Made by a program: the position numbers and the translations under genes. A model generated the notes under the pieces. That model ran no database searches, was not told the origin of the DNA, and saw only the letters and a list, made by a program, of their open reading frames with translations. Positions 33,461-45,212 of a stretch of DNA of 64,000 bases are shown here, in pieces. The stretch lies in NCBI RefSeq assembly GCF_054482525.1, contig NZ_CM137006.1, one strand, 5' to 3'. Within the stretch, counting starts at the first letter, position 1; every line of letters begins with the position of its first letter.

Positions 33461-34357
33461 ATGGACATTTTTATTTCGAAAAAGATGCGCAATTTCATTT
33501 TATTAGCGCAAACCAATAATATTGCCCGGGCGGCAGAAAAAATCCATATGACGGCTTCGCCATTTGGTAAAAGCATTGCCGCGCTGGAAGAACAAATTGG
33601 CTATACGCTATTTACCCGCAAAGATAATAATATCAGCCTCAATAAAGCCGGACAGGAACTGTATCAAAAACTGTTCCCGGTTTATCAACGACTTTCTGCG
33701 ATTGATAATGAAATCCATAACTCAGGGCGTCGTTCACGAGAAATTGTGATTGGCATAGATAATACTTATCCGACAATTATTTTCGATCAGTTGATTAGTC
33801 TCGGAGATAAGTATGAAGGCGTGACCGCCCAGCCAGTTGAGTTCAGCGAAAACGGCGTTATCGATAATCTTTTTGACCGCCAGTTAGATTTTATTATCTC
33901 CCCACAGCATGTATCTGCACGAGTTCAGGAACTGGAAAACCTGACTATCAGTGAACTACCACCGCTGCGATTAGGCTTTCTCGTTTCTCGCCGTTATGAA
34001 GAGCGTCAAGAGCAAGAGCTGCTTCAGGAGCTGCCCTGGCTACAAATGCGCTTTCAGAACCGGGCCAACTTCGAAGCAATGATTGATGCGAATATGCGAC
34101 CTTGTGGGATCAATCCAACCATTATTTATCGTCCCTACAGTTTTATGGCCAAAATCAGCGCCGTGGAGCGCGGACATTTTCTGACGGTGATCCCGCATTT
34201 TGCCTGGCGACTGGTGAATCCGGCAACGCTGAAATATTTTGATGCGCCGCACAGGCCGATGTATATGCAGGAATATCTTTATTCAATCAGAAATCATCGT
34301 TATACCGCCACGATGCTTCAGCATATTGCTGAAGATCGTGACGGGACGAGTCATTAA
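33461..34357 (+). CDS. ygfI: LysR-family transcriptional regulator YgfI, 298 aa
   Basis: N-terminal HTH and LysR substrate-binding domain; convergent with scpC. Confidence 0.8.
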   Translation: MDIFISKKMRNFILLAQTNNIARAAEKIHMTASPFGKSIAALEEQIGYTLFTRKDNNISLNKAGQELYQKLFPVYQRLSAIDNEIHNSGRRSREIVIGIDNTYPTIIFDQLISLGDKYEGVTAQPVEFSENGVIDNLFDRQLDFIISPQHVSARVQELENLTISELPPLRLGFLVSRRYEERQEQELLQELPWLQMRFQNRANFEAMIDANMRPCGINPTIIYRPYSFMAKISAVERGHFLTVIPHFAWRLVNPATLKYFDAPHRPMYMQEYLYSIRNHRYTATMLQHIAEDRDGTSH

Positions 34358-35832
34358 CCCAGCATCGAGCCGGTTGCAATTAAATTACGGTGTAAATCGA
34401 AGACGTGGCTAAGATCGTGGTGAATATGTCCGCCGGGCGCATTTTCCAGATAGCGATGCAGATAATCCCGATACATAGGATGTGCACAATTATCAATGAT
34501 AGTGCGGGCGCGTTGAAGCGGGGAAAGACCACGCAGATCGGCGATGCCTTGTTCGGTGATGATCACTTTGACGCTGTGTTCGCTGTGATCAACATGGCTG
34601 CACATTGGCACGACGGTTGAGATCTTGCCTTCTTTAGCAATCGACGGGGCCATAAAGATCGACAGATACGCGTTGCGTTCAAAATCACCGCTGCCACCGA
34701 TGCCGTTCATCAGATCGACCCCGGCTACGTGCGTTGAGTTGGCATGCCCGTAAATATCAAACTCCAGGCCGACGTTCAGAGCGATGACGCCCAGACGACG
34801 GATGATTTCCGGGTTATTGGAAATCTCCTGCGGACGCAACACAATGCGGCTGGCAAAGTAATCCATATTGTCGTAAATCTTGCGCAGGGAATCGGCCGAG
34901 ATAGTCAGGCTGGAGGCGCTGGCCCCGCTGATTTTGCCCGTTTCCAGTAAATGCACCACCGATTCCTGTAGCACTTCCGAATACATCATGAACGGAGGAA
35001 TTTCCGGATTTTCCCCCAGACGCGCCATTACCGCATTATTGATGTTGCCCACGCCACTTTGCAGCGGCAGAAATTCCGGCGGAATACGCCCATGCGCCAT
35101 TTCCTGCAACAAGAACGTGACCACGTTATCGGCAATCTGCTGGCACATGGGATTTTGCTTATCCAGCATATTACCGGCGTCGGGCAAGTTGGTTTCCACG
35201 ACGGCGACAATCTTTTTCGGATCGATTTGCACATAGCGGGTACCGACGCGATCCATTGCATGGAAGATCGACACGCTATTGCGCCGCGGTGGTGCGCCAG
35301 GAATCACAATATCTGCCAGTTCTGCAACGCGCGGATCGTGATAGTGATTGAGTTCAATGATCACTTTCTTCGCCCGCAGCAGCCAGGTCGGCGCATTACC
35401 GATCCCGCTGGTTAACCAGACTCGACCATCCGGTGCCAGTGCCGATGCTTCAATGACGGCAACATCAATTTCGCCGAAGAAACCGTAATTGACCATTTGC
35501 GCCACTTCGCTCAAATGCAGGTCAACGAAACTCACCGCGCCCTGATTGATCTTTTTACGTAAACCGGACGATGTTTGATATGGCGCACGCCAGGAAACAG
35601 CATCGGCGTCAGAAAGTACATCGTCAGCGGCGGCGCTGATTGACGCCCCCGTCAGCAGGCGGATTTGATACGGCTTTTTGGCCTCATGCTGTTCGTTAGC
35701 TCTGCGGGCAATCGCGGTGGGAAGGGCTTTCGGCGAACCCGCCGGGGTAAAGCCGCTAAATGCCACCATGTCGTTATGCTGGATAATTTCTGCCGCTTCA
35801 TCGGCGGTCATCCTTGTCCACTGAGTTTCCAT
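34354..35832 (-). CDS. scpC: Propionyl-CoA:succinate CoA-transferase ScpC (YgfH), 492 aa
   Basis: Full ORF; matches K-12 ScpC. Confidence 0.9.
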   Translation of the reverse strand: METQWTRMTADEAAEIIQHNDMVAFSGFTPAGSPKALPTAIARRANEQHEAKKPYQIRLLTGASISAAADDVLSDADAVSWRAPYQTSSGLRKKINQGAVSFVDLHLSEVAQMVNYGFFGEIDVAVIEASALAPDGRVWLTSGIGNAPTWLLRAKKVIIELNHYHDPRVAELADIVIPGAPPRRNSVSIFHAMDRVGTRYVQIDPKKIVAVVETNLPDAGNMLDKQNPMCQQIADNVVTFLLQEMAHGRIPPEFLPLQSGVGNINNAVMARLGENPEIPPFMMYSEVLQESVVHLLETGKISGASASSLTISADSLRKIYDNMDYFASRIVLRPQEISNNPEIIRRLGVIALNVGLEFDIYGHANSTHVAGVDLMNGIGGSGDFERNAYLSIFMAPSIAKEGKISTVVPMCSHVDHSEHSVKVIITEQGIADLRGLSPLQRARTIIDNCAHPMYRDYLHRYLENAPGGHIHHDLSHVFDLHRNLIATGSMLG

Positions 35833-35855
35833 TTTTACTCCTTCGTTCGCAGGGA

Positions 35856-36641
35856 TTAATGACCAACGAAATTAGGTTTACGTTTTTCGAGGAAAGCGTT
35901 CATCCCTTCCTGGTAGTCTTCGCTGTCATAAACCGCGCGGCGCATCCCCTGAATACGTTCAAATTCATCGGAGTTCATGGTGTGCGCTTCGCCCAGTACA
36001 CGCAGCTCTTCTTTGATAACGGCAATGGCTAACGGCGCTTTCTCAGAGATGTGGTGCGCCATTTGTAAGGTGAAATCTTCCAGTTCTTCCACTTCCACAA
36101 CATGGTTGAGGATGCCGACAGCCAGCGCGCGCTGGGCGGTGATTGGCGAAGCGGTAAAAATCAGCTCTTTGACAATGTGGAAGCCCGCGTCGCGGGTCAG
36201 GTTGTGAATGCCGACCAGGTTATACGGGACACCGAGGTTTACAGGTGTCATTGAGAAGGTTGAGGTACTGGCGGCGATAATCAGATCGGAACTCATGATC
36301 ATTTCAAATGCGCCACCCCAAACACTACCTTCCACCATCGAAATGATCGGTTTCGGGAATTTTTGGATCATGCGGGTGATTTGACGCAATGGATCATCAT
36401 AGGAGAGCGGATCGCGACCGCCAGACGGCAGTTCGTGAATATCGTGACCTGCGGAGAAGACTTTGGATCCACTCGGCGCGCGCAAAATGATACAGCGAAT
36501 TTCCGACCGGTTGAGATCGCTTAACGCCTGCATAAGATCATCGATAAAGACTTTACTTAAGGCATTAAGTTTGCGGCCATAGTTAAACTCAATGACCGCC
36601 ACTTTGTTGATAGTGGCAACGTTCACATACTGATAAGACAT
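35856..36641 (-). CDS. scpB: Methylmalonyl-CoA decarboxylase ScpB (YgfG), 261 aa
   Basis: Start MSYQYVNVATINKVAVIEFNYG at ATG(rc) 36641 with AAAGGA RBS; crotonase fold. Confidence 0.9.
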   Translation of the reverse strand: MSYQYVNVATINKVAVIEFNYGRKLNALSKVFIDDLMQALSDLNRSEIRCIILRAPSGSKVFSAGHDIHELPSGGRDPLSYDDPLRQITRMIQKFPKPIISMVEGSVWGGAFEMIMSSDLIIAASTSTFSMTPVNLGVPYNLVGIHNLTRDAGFHIVKELIFTASPITAQRALAVGILNHVVEVEELEDFTLQMAHHISEKAPLAIAVIKEELRVLGEAHTMNSDEFERIQGMRRAVYDSEDYQEGMNAFLEKRKPNFVGH

Positions 36642-36651
36642 AAAAATTCCT

Positions 36652-37647
36652 TTAATCAAAATATTGCGTCTGGATAAATTCACTGAGCTGCCGCAGGCCG
36701 GTGCGCGGTGAGAGCGTATTGTTTTTGACCGCTAAAAGCGTCTGGCTGTAATAGCGATCGAAATCTTCATTCGCGAACAGGTGATTCAGTACTTCTTCTT
36801 CGGTTTGTTTACGCAGCCATTCCACCGATTGTTGTTGCCGCACTTGTTGCAAACGACCACTGGCAGTTAGCGCGGTTTTGAAGTCGATGATGGCGTGCCA
36901 GATCTCATCGATTCCACGTTTTTCCAGTGCGCTACAAGTCAGAACCCGTGGCTGCCATTCGTCGTATTTACGTCGCAGAATATGCAGGGCACTCTCGTAC
37001 ATATGCCGGGCAATGGCGATATTGGTATGGTTATCGCCATCGTCTTTGTTGATAACGATCAGATCTGCCACTTCCATCAGCCCCTTTTTAATGCCCTGCA
37101 GATCATCGCCGCCACCGGCAATTTGCAACGAGATAAAACAGTCCACCATGCGGGCGACTTCCGTTTCTGACTGCCCGACGCCAACCGTTTCGACAATCAC
37201 TACGTCATAACCCGCCGCTTCGCATAACAGCATTAATTCCCGCGCTCGCTGACTGGCACCGCCCAGATGGCCGGAGGAGGGTACCGGGCGAATAAACGCC
37301 GCCTCGGCACGCGCAAGGTCATTCATGCGGGTTTTATCCCCGAGAATGCTACCGCCAGTGACCGGGCTGCTGGGATCGACCGCAATAACCGCAACCTTTA
37401 ATCCCTCACGAATCAACAACATGCCAAAGGCTTCAAGAAAGGTACTTTTCCCCGCGCCGGGTGTGCCGGTAACGCCCAGTCGCAGGGCGTTACCACAGAA
37501 CGGCATAATGGCGTCAAGCAGCTGTGTACTTAGCGCCTGATGACGCGGGTGACGGCTTTCCACCAACGTCATGGCCTGGGCGAGCGTGGCACGCTCACCC
37601 TGACGTAAGCGGCGAATACTTTCTGCCAGCGTGGCTTCATTAATCAT
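36652..37647 (-). CDS. argK: Methylmalonyl-CoA mutase-associated GTPase ArgK/MeaB (YgfD), 331 aa
   Basis: P-loop GTPGAGKST; overlaps scpA stop by 8 nt. Confidence 0.9.
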   Translation of the reverse strand: MINEATLAESIRRLRQGERATLAQAMTLVESRHPRHQALSTQLLDAIMPFCGNALRLGVTGTPGAGKSTFLEAFGMLLIREGLKVAVIAVDPSSPVTGGSILGDKTRMNDLARAEAAFIRPVPSSGHLGGASQRARELMLLCEAAGYDVVIVETVGVGQSETEVARMVDCFISLQIAGGGDDLQGIKKGLMEVADLIVINKDDGDNHTNIAIARHMYESALHILRRKYDEWQPRVLTCSALEKRGIDEIWHAIIDFKTALTASGRLQQVRQQQSVEWLRKQTEEEVLNHLFANEDFDRYYSQTLLAVKNNTLSPRTGLRQLSEFIQTQYFD

Positions 37648-39784
37648 GATGCTGGCTTATCAGATTCAGTACGTCGCGCACGCTGTCGAGCATAGGTGTA
37701 CCTGGACCATAAATCGCCGCCACGCCGCGATCTTGCAGGAAGGCGTAATCCTGCGGCGGAATGACGCCACCCGCGACCACGCAGATATCTTTGCGTCCCC
37801 ATTTTTTCAGCGCTTCGACCAGTTCCGGGATCAGCGTTTTATGACCGGCAGCCAGTGAGGATGCGCCCACTACGTGGACGTCGTTTTCTACGGCCAGGCG
37901 GGCGATCTCTTCAGGTGTAGAGAACATCGGGCTTAAATCTACGTCGAAACCGAGATCGGAATAGGCGCTGGCGATCACTTTCGCGCCGCGATCGTGCCCA
38001 TCCTGGCCCATTTTAGCGATCAGAATGCGCGGGCGACGACCATTGTCGGCAAGGAACTGCTCCGTTTGCGCAACAATGGCATCGAACTCGGAGGCCGATT
38101 TCTCAGACTGATGATAGCTTTGCGCAATCACGCCGGTAACACACTGGCTTGGCACCAGATAACGGTCGAAAGCGGCTTCCAGCGCATCGGAAATTTCACC
38201 CAGGGTGGCGCGAACGCGAGCAGCATTAACAGCGGCAGCCAGCAGGTTTTCGTTATGCTGTGCGGCGTGAGTCAGGGCGTTCAACGCGGCGGTTACGGCG
38301 GCATCATCACGGGTGGCGCGAATGCGTTCCAGCGAAGCAATTTGCTCGTTACGCACCATCACGTTGTCGATCTCAAGTACATCGGTTTCGTCTTCGTGAT
38401 CCAGTTTGTACTTGTTGACACCAACGATGACACGCTTGCCCTGGTCGATCAGCGACTGTTCGCGCGCTGAGGCCTCTTCGATCATTCGTTTTGGCAGACC
38501 TGCTTCGATCGCTTTCGCCATACCACCGGCTTCGTCGATCTGTTGGATAATAGCTCTGGCTTGTTTGACGATTTGATCGGTCAGCGACTCAACGTAATAG
38601 GATCCGGCCAGTGGATCGACGGTGCGGCAGAGTTCTGATTCTTCCTGAATGATGATCTGGGTATTGCGGGCAATGCGTGCTGAGAAATCGGTAGGCAAAC
38701 CAAGCGCTTCATCAAAGGCGTTGGTATGCAGTGACTGAGTACCGCCCAGCGTTGCAGCCAGTGCTTCAATGGTGGTGCGGATAACGTTGTTATACGGATC
38801 CTGTTCAGTCAGGCTCCAGCCTGAGGTCTGGCAGTGGGTACGCAGCGCCAGTGATTTCGGATCCTGTGCGCCAAATCCACTGACCGCTTCGCTCCATAAA
38901 TAACGTGCCGCACGCAACATGGCGACGTTCATAAACAGATCCATGCCAATGCCGAAGAAGAACGACAGGCGAGGAGCGAAGTCATCAATTTTCAGCCCAG
39001 CGGATATTGCTGCTTTGATGTACTCAATCCCATCGGCGAGCGTAAATGCTACCTGCTGCACGCAGTTGGCACCCGCTTCACCCATGTGGTAACCGCTGAT
39101 ACTGATGGTATTAAATCGCGGCATGTTGCCGGAACACCAGGCGATGATGTCGGCGATAATGCGCATTGACGGTTTTGGCGGGTAAATATAGGTGTTGCGG
39201 CAGAGGTACTCTTTGAGGATATCGTTTTGAATGGTGCCGGTCAGTTTATCAGGTGTAACACCTTGCTCTTCCGCGGCGACGATATAAAACGCCAGTACTG
39301 GTAGCACTGCGCCATTCATGGTCATCGAAACCGACATTTTATCCAGCGGGATCTGGTCGAACAGGACTTTCATATCTTCCACGGTGTCGATAGCGACGCC
39401 CGCTTTGCCGACGTCGCCCGCCACGCGTGGGTTATCGGAGTCGTAGCCTCGGTGGGTGGCAAGGTCAAACGCAACGGAAAGGCCTTTTTGCCCGGCGGCC
39501 AGGTTACGGCGATAAAAAGCGTTGGACTCTTTTGCTGTTGAAAAACCAGCATACTGACGGATGGTCCACGGTTGGGCGGTATACATAGTGGCACGCGGGC
39601 CACGAACGTAGGGAGGCAAACCAGGAAGGGTACCTGTCACCTCCAGATTATCGAGATCGGCTTCGGTATACAGCGGCTTGATGGCGATCCCTTCCGCGGT
39701 TTGCTGAACCAGCGAGTCGACAGTTTTCTCCCGACGGCTCAATTCCTTGTTGGCAAGCTGTTGCCACTCCTGCACGTTAGACAT
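37640..39784 (-). CDS. scpA: Methylmalonyl-CoA mutase ScpA (Sbm), 714 aa
   Basis: Start [20 protein letters not shown] at ATG(rc) 39784; B12-binding C-terminal domain. Confidence 0.9.
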   Translation of the reverse strand: MSNVQEWQQLANKELSRREKTVDSLVQQTAEGIAIKPLYTEADLDNLEVTGTLPGLPPYVRGPRATMYTAQPWTIRQYAGFSTAKESNAFYRRNLAAGQKGLSVAFDLATHRGYDSDNPRVAGDVGKAGVAIDTVEDMKVLFDQIPLDKMSVSMTMNGAVLPVLAFYIVAAEEQGVTPDKLTGTIQNDILKEYLCRNTYIYPPKPSMRIIADIIAWCSGNMPRFNTISISGYHMGEAGANCVQQVAFTLADGIEYIKAAISAGLKIDDFAPRLSFFFGIGMDLFMNVAMLRAARYLWSEAVSGFGAQDPKSLALRTHCQTSGWSLTEQDPYNNVIRTTIEALAATLGGTQSLHTNAFDEALGLPTDFSARIARNTQIIIQEESELCRTVDPLAGSYYVESLTDQIVKQARAIIQQIDEAGGMAKAIEAGLPKRMIEEASAREQSLIDQGKRVIVGVNKYKLDHEDETDVLEIDNVMVRNEQIASLERIRATRDDAAVTAALNALTHAAQHNENLLAAAVNAARVRATLGEISDALEAAFDRYLVPSQCVTGVIAQSYHQSEKSASEFDAIVAQTEQFLADNGRRPRILIAKMGQDGHDRGAKVIASAYSDLGFDVDLSPMFSTPEEIARLAVENDVHVVGASSLAAGHKTLIPELVEALKKWGRKDICVVAGGVIPPQDYAFLQDRGVAAIYGPGTPMLDSVRDVLNLISQHHD

Positions 39785-39987
39785 TATTTGCTCCGTAAAA
39801 CGCAATCAAAATGAGGGTATTTGCGCCTACGGTGAGCTTTTTACGTGGGTTTGTCGCCAGCAAAAAAAATGCATTCAGACGTCGTTTTTTGCCGCCTGAG
39901 ATTTGTCTATTTTGTGATGTGATTCAAGGAATACAAAAAGAAGTGAGGACAACGCCTGATATGTGCTATCAGGCATTATTTGATGGA

Positions 39988-40881
39988 TTAATCCTGACGA
40001 AGGACTTTGTGACCATAATCGAGTAACGCATCAGTGACTTTACGCATCATGCGGCTTTCAGGAGCAAAGCGGTGCCAGTAGAGCATCCGTCGTTGAAATA
40101 GCCCAGGCGTTAAGTCAATCAGTTCACCGCTGGCCAGCTCTTTCTCGATTTGCAGGTGCGGGATCATACAGCAGGTGGTGCCCTGGCGAGCAAGTTGCAC
40201 GAACGCTTCTGAAGAATTAACAATATGGCACGGTACGCTGCCTGGGGGCAGATCGAAGTTTTGCTGCAAAAAGGCCTGGTGCATATCGTCAAGATGGTCA
40301 AAGGCGACCACTGGCGCTTTTAGCAGAGCCGAACGCGTTACGCCGTTAGGGAAATATTTTTCGGCAAACGGTTTTGAGCTGACGAATAGATAGTCGAGCG
40401 CACCGAGCTTATCGACAAGACAACTCGGCAGCGCCTGATGTTGAATACTCACCGCGCCGACCACTTCGCCGCGGCGCAGACGTTCCTGAGTGCGGGTTTC
40501 ATCTTCTACCTGCAAGTTGAGGCGGATAGGCGAATCAGCTAACACAGGAGCCAGCGCCGGAAGCAACCACGTCGCCAGACTGTCTGCGTTGACCGCCAGT
40601 GAAAGCAGCAGCGGAGTCGAACCGGTTTGTTCATCGCCCAGCCACTCTTCTTCCAGCAACTCCACCTGGCGCAGCAGTGCCAGCAGTTTTTGCCCTTGTT
40701 CTGTCGGGCGCGGCGGTACGGTACGCACCAACAGCGGCTGCCCGAACATATTTTCCAGTTGCTTAATGCGCTGTGAGACGGCTGATTGTGTAATGCACAG
40801 CTTTTGTGCCGCGCGCTCAAATCCTCGTTCACGTATCACCGCATCCAGTGCCTGTAATGTTCTGTAGTCCGGGCGTTTCAT
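39988..40881 (-). CDS. argP: LysR-family regulator ArgP (IciA), 297 aa
   Basis: Start [28 protein letters not shown] at ATG(rc) 40881; the 360 aa ORF-track version is an upstream extension. Confidence 0.9.
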
Positions 40882-40951
40882 TGCTGTTGTCTGCTCCTGG
40901 TAAATGCTTTTTCCTGCACTATGACACAATTTTGCGTTGGGTACAGAGCAT

Positions 40952-42277
40952 TTAACGCATACAAAAACGGTCGAAATGGAAGTTTTGGCTGGCAATCCCA
41001 TTTTCATATAACCCTTTGCTGAGCGCTTTGGCAAAACTCTGTGGGCCGCAAAACCAGAAATGGGTGTCACCTTTATTTGCTATTTTATCAGTAAGATAGT
41101 GCACCTGTAGGCGCTCACCTTTATGCGCATCAAGCAGATGCAGTGTGACCCTGGCCTGGGCACAAAGTGAGGTCAGTTTATCAATATACCAGGCATCCTC
41201 GCTTCGGCTGACGCAATACCAGAGATCCACAGGAACAAAGGACGCGCCATGATGTTTACGATACTCAAGCTGGGCGATAAAGGGGGTAATGCCGATGCCT
41301 CCTGCTATCCAGACCTGGTGGGAGCAAGGGAGAGTAAAATCAAACTTTCCCCATGGCCCTTCAACGAAGGCGGACTGGCCGATTTTTATCGAGGATGCCA
41401 GAGTCGAGGTATAATCCCCTAAATGTTTGATCGCAAAGCGCAACGTGTTCTTCTCTTTGGTATATGAAGCGATAGTAAAAGGGTGAGATTCTTTACTGTG
41501 TGCGAACGTTAAGAATGCAAACTGCCCCGGAGAATAGTCGATGGCATGTTCCAGCTCAAGGGTGACTTCGGTAATTTGTCCCGGATGGTTAACAATGTTT
41601 TTAATGGTAGCCTGATGCTTGTTTTTACTACCGTTTAATTTCAGCAGCGAAATGAAAGCCGCAAAGACGCCCGGAATAGTAATTAAAATTAATAAATACG
41701 CAGCAGGAGTTTCCCACCAGTATGATTTAAACAAAGCAGTAAACACATGAAAGGCAATTGCCAGATAAAAGACGGGGAACAAACGGTGAACAAGATGAAA
41801 TAAATGATAGGGAACTCTTTTGCTAAGAGACACGAAAACCATCGCTATCATAATAAACATTGCACATTCACCCGCCAACAGTCCCGCATGAAGCCAATTT
41901 TCTTGTACTGGCGTCAGGTTAATATCAACGATTTTACCAGGGTGAGTAAGCCAGCCAAAGGCGACGAATAACTGGGGTAATTTTTCATCCAGCCAGTGGG
42001 CGAAAGCAAACGCTATGGCGCATATTCCTGCCCACTTATGTAATCGCCATGCTTTATCCAGACCGCCCAGCACTTTGTTAAGCCATGATGAACGCAACGA
42101 TAAACACATCGTCAGCGTCATCAGACACCACGCAAGGGTTCCCGTAAAAAAGAGTATGTTTTGTCGAAGGAACCATATTAGCGCGATTGGCTTTTCACGA
42201 AAAATATCACCGGACGACAAAAAAATAAGGCATGCGACAAAGCAAACCAACGTACCTGTAAGATTAGCTTTTTTCAT
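40952..42277 (-). CDS. NOX/ferric-reductase-like membrane flavocytochrome (6-TM bis-heme domain fused to FAD- and NAD(P)H-binding domains), 441 aa
   Basis: His pairs H-x13-H ([15 protein letters not shown]) and H-x12-H ([14 protein letters not shown]); FAD motif HPFTIAS; NAD motif GGIGITPF; C-terminal CGP motif; start codon uncertain (weak RBS). Confidence 0.7.
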
Positions 42278-42338
42278 TTTTTATTTCATTTTGGCAGCGG
42301 AGCATGGAATAACTCCATGCTCCCGTTAAACAGAGTGA

Positions 42339-42599
42339 TTATTTATAGAAAATCACAGTGGCGTGGATATAATTTTTACCGGAGAAAGAACTGATGTAGT
42401 AATTGCTGGCTTGTAACTCTTCCGCTTTCTCTTTAATTTGGCTTTCAACGCCCGCTGGATTGCTATTGTGTGTGGACATGCTCACTTTTGATAACTGTTC
42501 AAGATTATTGTCCGGTTTGTGTATCTCGGTTGCTGCAAATGCGTGTCCTGTGAGAGTGCAAAGAAATAATGCGGCAAATAAATTTTGCTTAATAGACAT
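42339..42599 (-). CDS. Small secreted DUF1471 (YdgH/BhsA/McbA-family) stress protein, 86 aa
   Basis: AAGGAG RBS; signal peptide MSIKQNLFAALFLCTLTGHAFA; C-terminal ...YISSFSGKNYIHATVIFYK resembles BhsA family ending. Confidence 0.65.
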   Translation of the reverse strand: MSIKQNLFAALFLCTLTGHAFAATEIHKPDNNLEQLSKVSMSTHNSNPAGVESQIKEKAEELQASNYYISSFSGKNYIHATVIFYK

Positions 42600-42615
42600 A
42601 ATAACTCCTTTTATA

Positions 42616-43245
42616 TTAAAGATAATGATTAAATACGTGTGTTATGAGATCAGGGATTTGCGCTAATGCATTTTGCTCGGCGAGTTCGCGTCCCGGTTGG
42701 GTTTTGTCGACGCCTTCCGCACGTAAAATATGTGTATTGGTAATGCCCATTAATTTCAGCGTGGCTTGCAGATAACTTTCCTGATGATCCAGCGCCAGAT
42801 GTGCTTCATCGCAATAGATACCGCCGCGCGTCGAGACAATAAACGTCGGTTTATCCGTCAGTAACCCAACGGCACCAGCGGAAGTAAAACGAAACGTTAA
42901 ACCAGCCTGACAGACCTGATCTATCCAGGTTTTGAGGCCAGATGAAACGCTGTGATTAATCATCGGCGCGCCAATAATGAGCACATCGCACGATGCCAGT
43001 TCATCAATAGCAGCGTGGATATCATTCACCTCCTGCTGAATTTGTGCGTTCTCGCACTCCGCTTTACCGCAAAGCGCCAGAAAGGTTTCTTCACGCAAAT
43101 GGGGTGGGGGCGTCAGGCCAACGTCGCGATGAATAATTGTGGCTTGCGCGAAACGTTGGCAAAGCGCTTCTACCAGCGCCTGGCTTAATTTCCGCGAACT
43201 TGAATGCTTAAGCATTGGACTGCTATCGATATGGAGAATTTTCAT
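42616..43245 (-). CDS. FMN-dependent NADH azoreductase/quinone reductase-like flavoprotein (AzoR/AcpD family), 209 aa
   Basis: Flavodoxin-like fold; MKILHIDSSP..., DVLIIGAPMINHSVSSGLKTWIDQV, FIVSTRGGIY parallel AzoR motifs. Confidence 0.7.
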   Translation of the reverse strand: MKILHIDSSPMLKHSSSRKLSQALVEALCQRFAQATIIHRDVGLTPPPHLREETFLALCGKAECENAQIQQEVNDIHAAIDELASCDVLIIGAPMINHSVSSGLKTWIDQVCQAGLTFRFTSAGAVGLLTDKPTFIVSTRGGIYCDEAHLALDHQESYLQATLKLMGITNTHILRAEGVDKTQPGRELAEQNALAQIPDLITHVFNHYL

Positions 43246-43322
43246 GGGGTTGCTCTCATTTCTGCGATGAGAGAAGTTTAATTGTTGTTGATATGGTGAT
43301 TAAATAGACATAATTGAACTTC

Positions 43323-43344
43323 ATTGTTGTGAAAATAGAACAAT
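43323..43344. promoter_or_regulatory. Candidate LysR-type binding box (ATTGTT-N10-AACAAT) in the divergent promoter region
   Basis: Perfect 6-bp inverted repeat with 10-bp spacer ending 2 bp before the LysR start codon. Confidence 0.3.
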
Positions 43345-43345
43345 C

Positions 43346-44242
43346 ATGATCGACTGGAATGATTACTACTACTTTGCCCTGATTGCCGATGAAGGCAGCT
43401 ACAGCCAGGCGGCGCTGCGTGCGGGTGTGTCGAAATCGGTATTAAGCCGTCGAATGGCAGCGCTGGAAGAGCGCCTCGGCGTGAGGCTTATTCAGCGAAC
43501 TACGCGGCGTCTGGCCCTGACGGCGGCAGGGGAACAGTTTGCTGTCGAGTGTCGGGCGCTGGTGGCTCAGGGGGAACGGGCCAGAGCGGTGGTGATGGCC
43601 GCCCAGGAAAGCCCACAGGGAATGCTGCGCGTCAGCGCGCCGGTATTTATGGCTGAAACATGGTTTGGTGAGTTCGTCAGTGAATTTATCGCCCGCTGGC
43701 CCCTGGCGAAGGTGCAACTGCTGGCAATTAATCGCCCGGTGGATATGGTCGCTGAAGGCATTGATATTGCGCTGGTTACGGCTTCCGGCGCGCTTGCGGA
43801 CTCGACGCTGCATTATAAAAAATTACATACCCAGGCTGATATTTTAGTTGCCAGTTCGCAGTGGCTGGCCCGCCATCCGCAGGTGAAGGCCATTGACGAT
43901 CTTAACCGCGTCGACGGGATCCTCCGCCTGACGAACAATGGCGGGAGCCAGTGGCAGTTAATGAATGGCGACCAGGAGATTACGCTGCATCCCGAGGCGC
44001 GTTTGCAGACAAATAACATTCGCATCATGTTGCAGGCAGTGCTTGGCGGGAATGGCGTGGCGTTATTGCCTCAATTTGCCTGTAAACAGGGGCTTGCCAA
44101 CGGTGAACTGGTGCGCCTGTTCGCACCGTGGAGCGGCATACCCAGACCGTTGTATGCTTTATTTGCCGGGCGAAAGGGGATGCCCGCCATTGCGCGATAT
44201 TTTATGGATGAGTTAACCACGCGGCTTGCCAACGGGGTCTGA
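43346..44242 (+). CDS. LysR-family transcriptional regulator, 298 aa (intact counterpart of the K-12 yqfE pseudogene position)
   Basis: [36 protein letters not shown]; divergent from the azoreductase-like operon. Confidence 0.8.
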
Positions 44243-44297
44243 ATCGCTTTTTTTGTATATAATGCGTGTGAAATTTCATACCACAGGCGAAACGATC

Positions 44298-44957
44298 ATG
44301 ACGCAGGATGAATTGAAAAAAGCAGTAGGATGGGCGGCACTTCAGTATGTTCAGCCCGGCACCATTGTTGGTGTAGGTACAGGTTCCACCGCCGCACACT
44401 TTATTGACGCGCTCGGCACGATGAAAGGCCAGATTGAAGGGGCCGTTTCCAGTTCAGATGCTTCCACTGAAAAACTGAAAAGCCTCGGCATTCACGTTTT
44501 TGATCTCAACGAAGTCGACAGCCTTGGCATCTACGTTGATGGCGCAGATGAAATCAACGGCCACATGCAAATGATCAAAGGCGGCGGCGCGGCGCTGACC
44601 CGTGAAAAAATCATTGCTTCGGTTGCGGAAAAATTTATCTGTATTGCCGACGCCTCCAAGCAGGTTGATATTCTGGGCAAATTCCCGCTGCCAGTAGAAG
44701 TTATCCCGATGGCACGTAGTGCAGTGGCGCGCCAGCTGGTGAAACTGGGCGGTCGTCCGGAATACCGTCAGGGCGTGGTGACCGATAACGGCAACGTGAT
44801 CCTCGACGTCCACGGCATGGAAATCCTTGACCCGATAGCGATGGAAAACGCCATAAATGCGATTCCTGGCGTGGTGACTGTTGGCTTGTTTGCTAACCGT
44901 GGCGCGGACGTTGCGCTGATTGGCACACCTGACGGTGTCAAAACCATTGTGAAATGA
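44298..44957 (+). CDS. rpiA: Ribose-5-phosphate isomerase A, 219 aa
   Basis: Start [21 protein letters not shown] at ATG 44298. Confidence 0.95.
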
Positions 44958-45212
44958 TCTGACGGGGGAACCTCCCCCGTTAAAAAAATTCTCTTCATTA
45001 AATTTGGTGACATGTGTCACGTTTTTACCTGGCTATTGTCGATTGCTCTAAATAAACCCTTTAAACCAGCATATTCATCCAAGAAATACCTTTGCGTGAT
45101 ATATCCTCAACATCGCGACGCAAACGTTCATATTGCCGCAATATTATTTTTTGATATGTTGAAAGGCGGATGCAAATCCGCACACAACATTTCAAAAGAC
45201 AGGATTGGGTAA

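Noticed and set aside
44960-44990. Hairpin GACGGGGGAACCTCCCCCGT after rpiA as a canonical terminator
   Set aside because: The stem is followed by an A-run rather than a T-run on the rpiA strand, so it is not a textbook intrinsic terminator; left uncalled.
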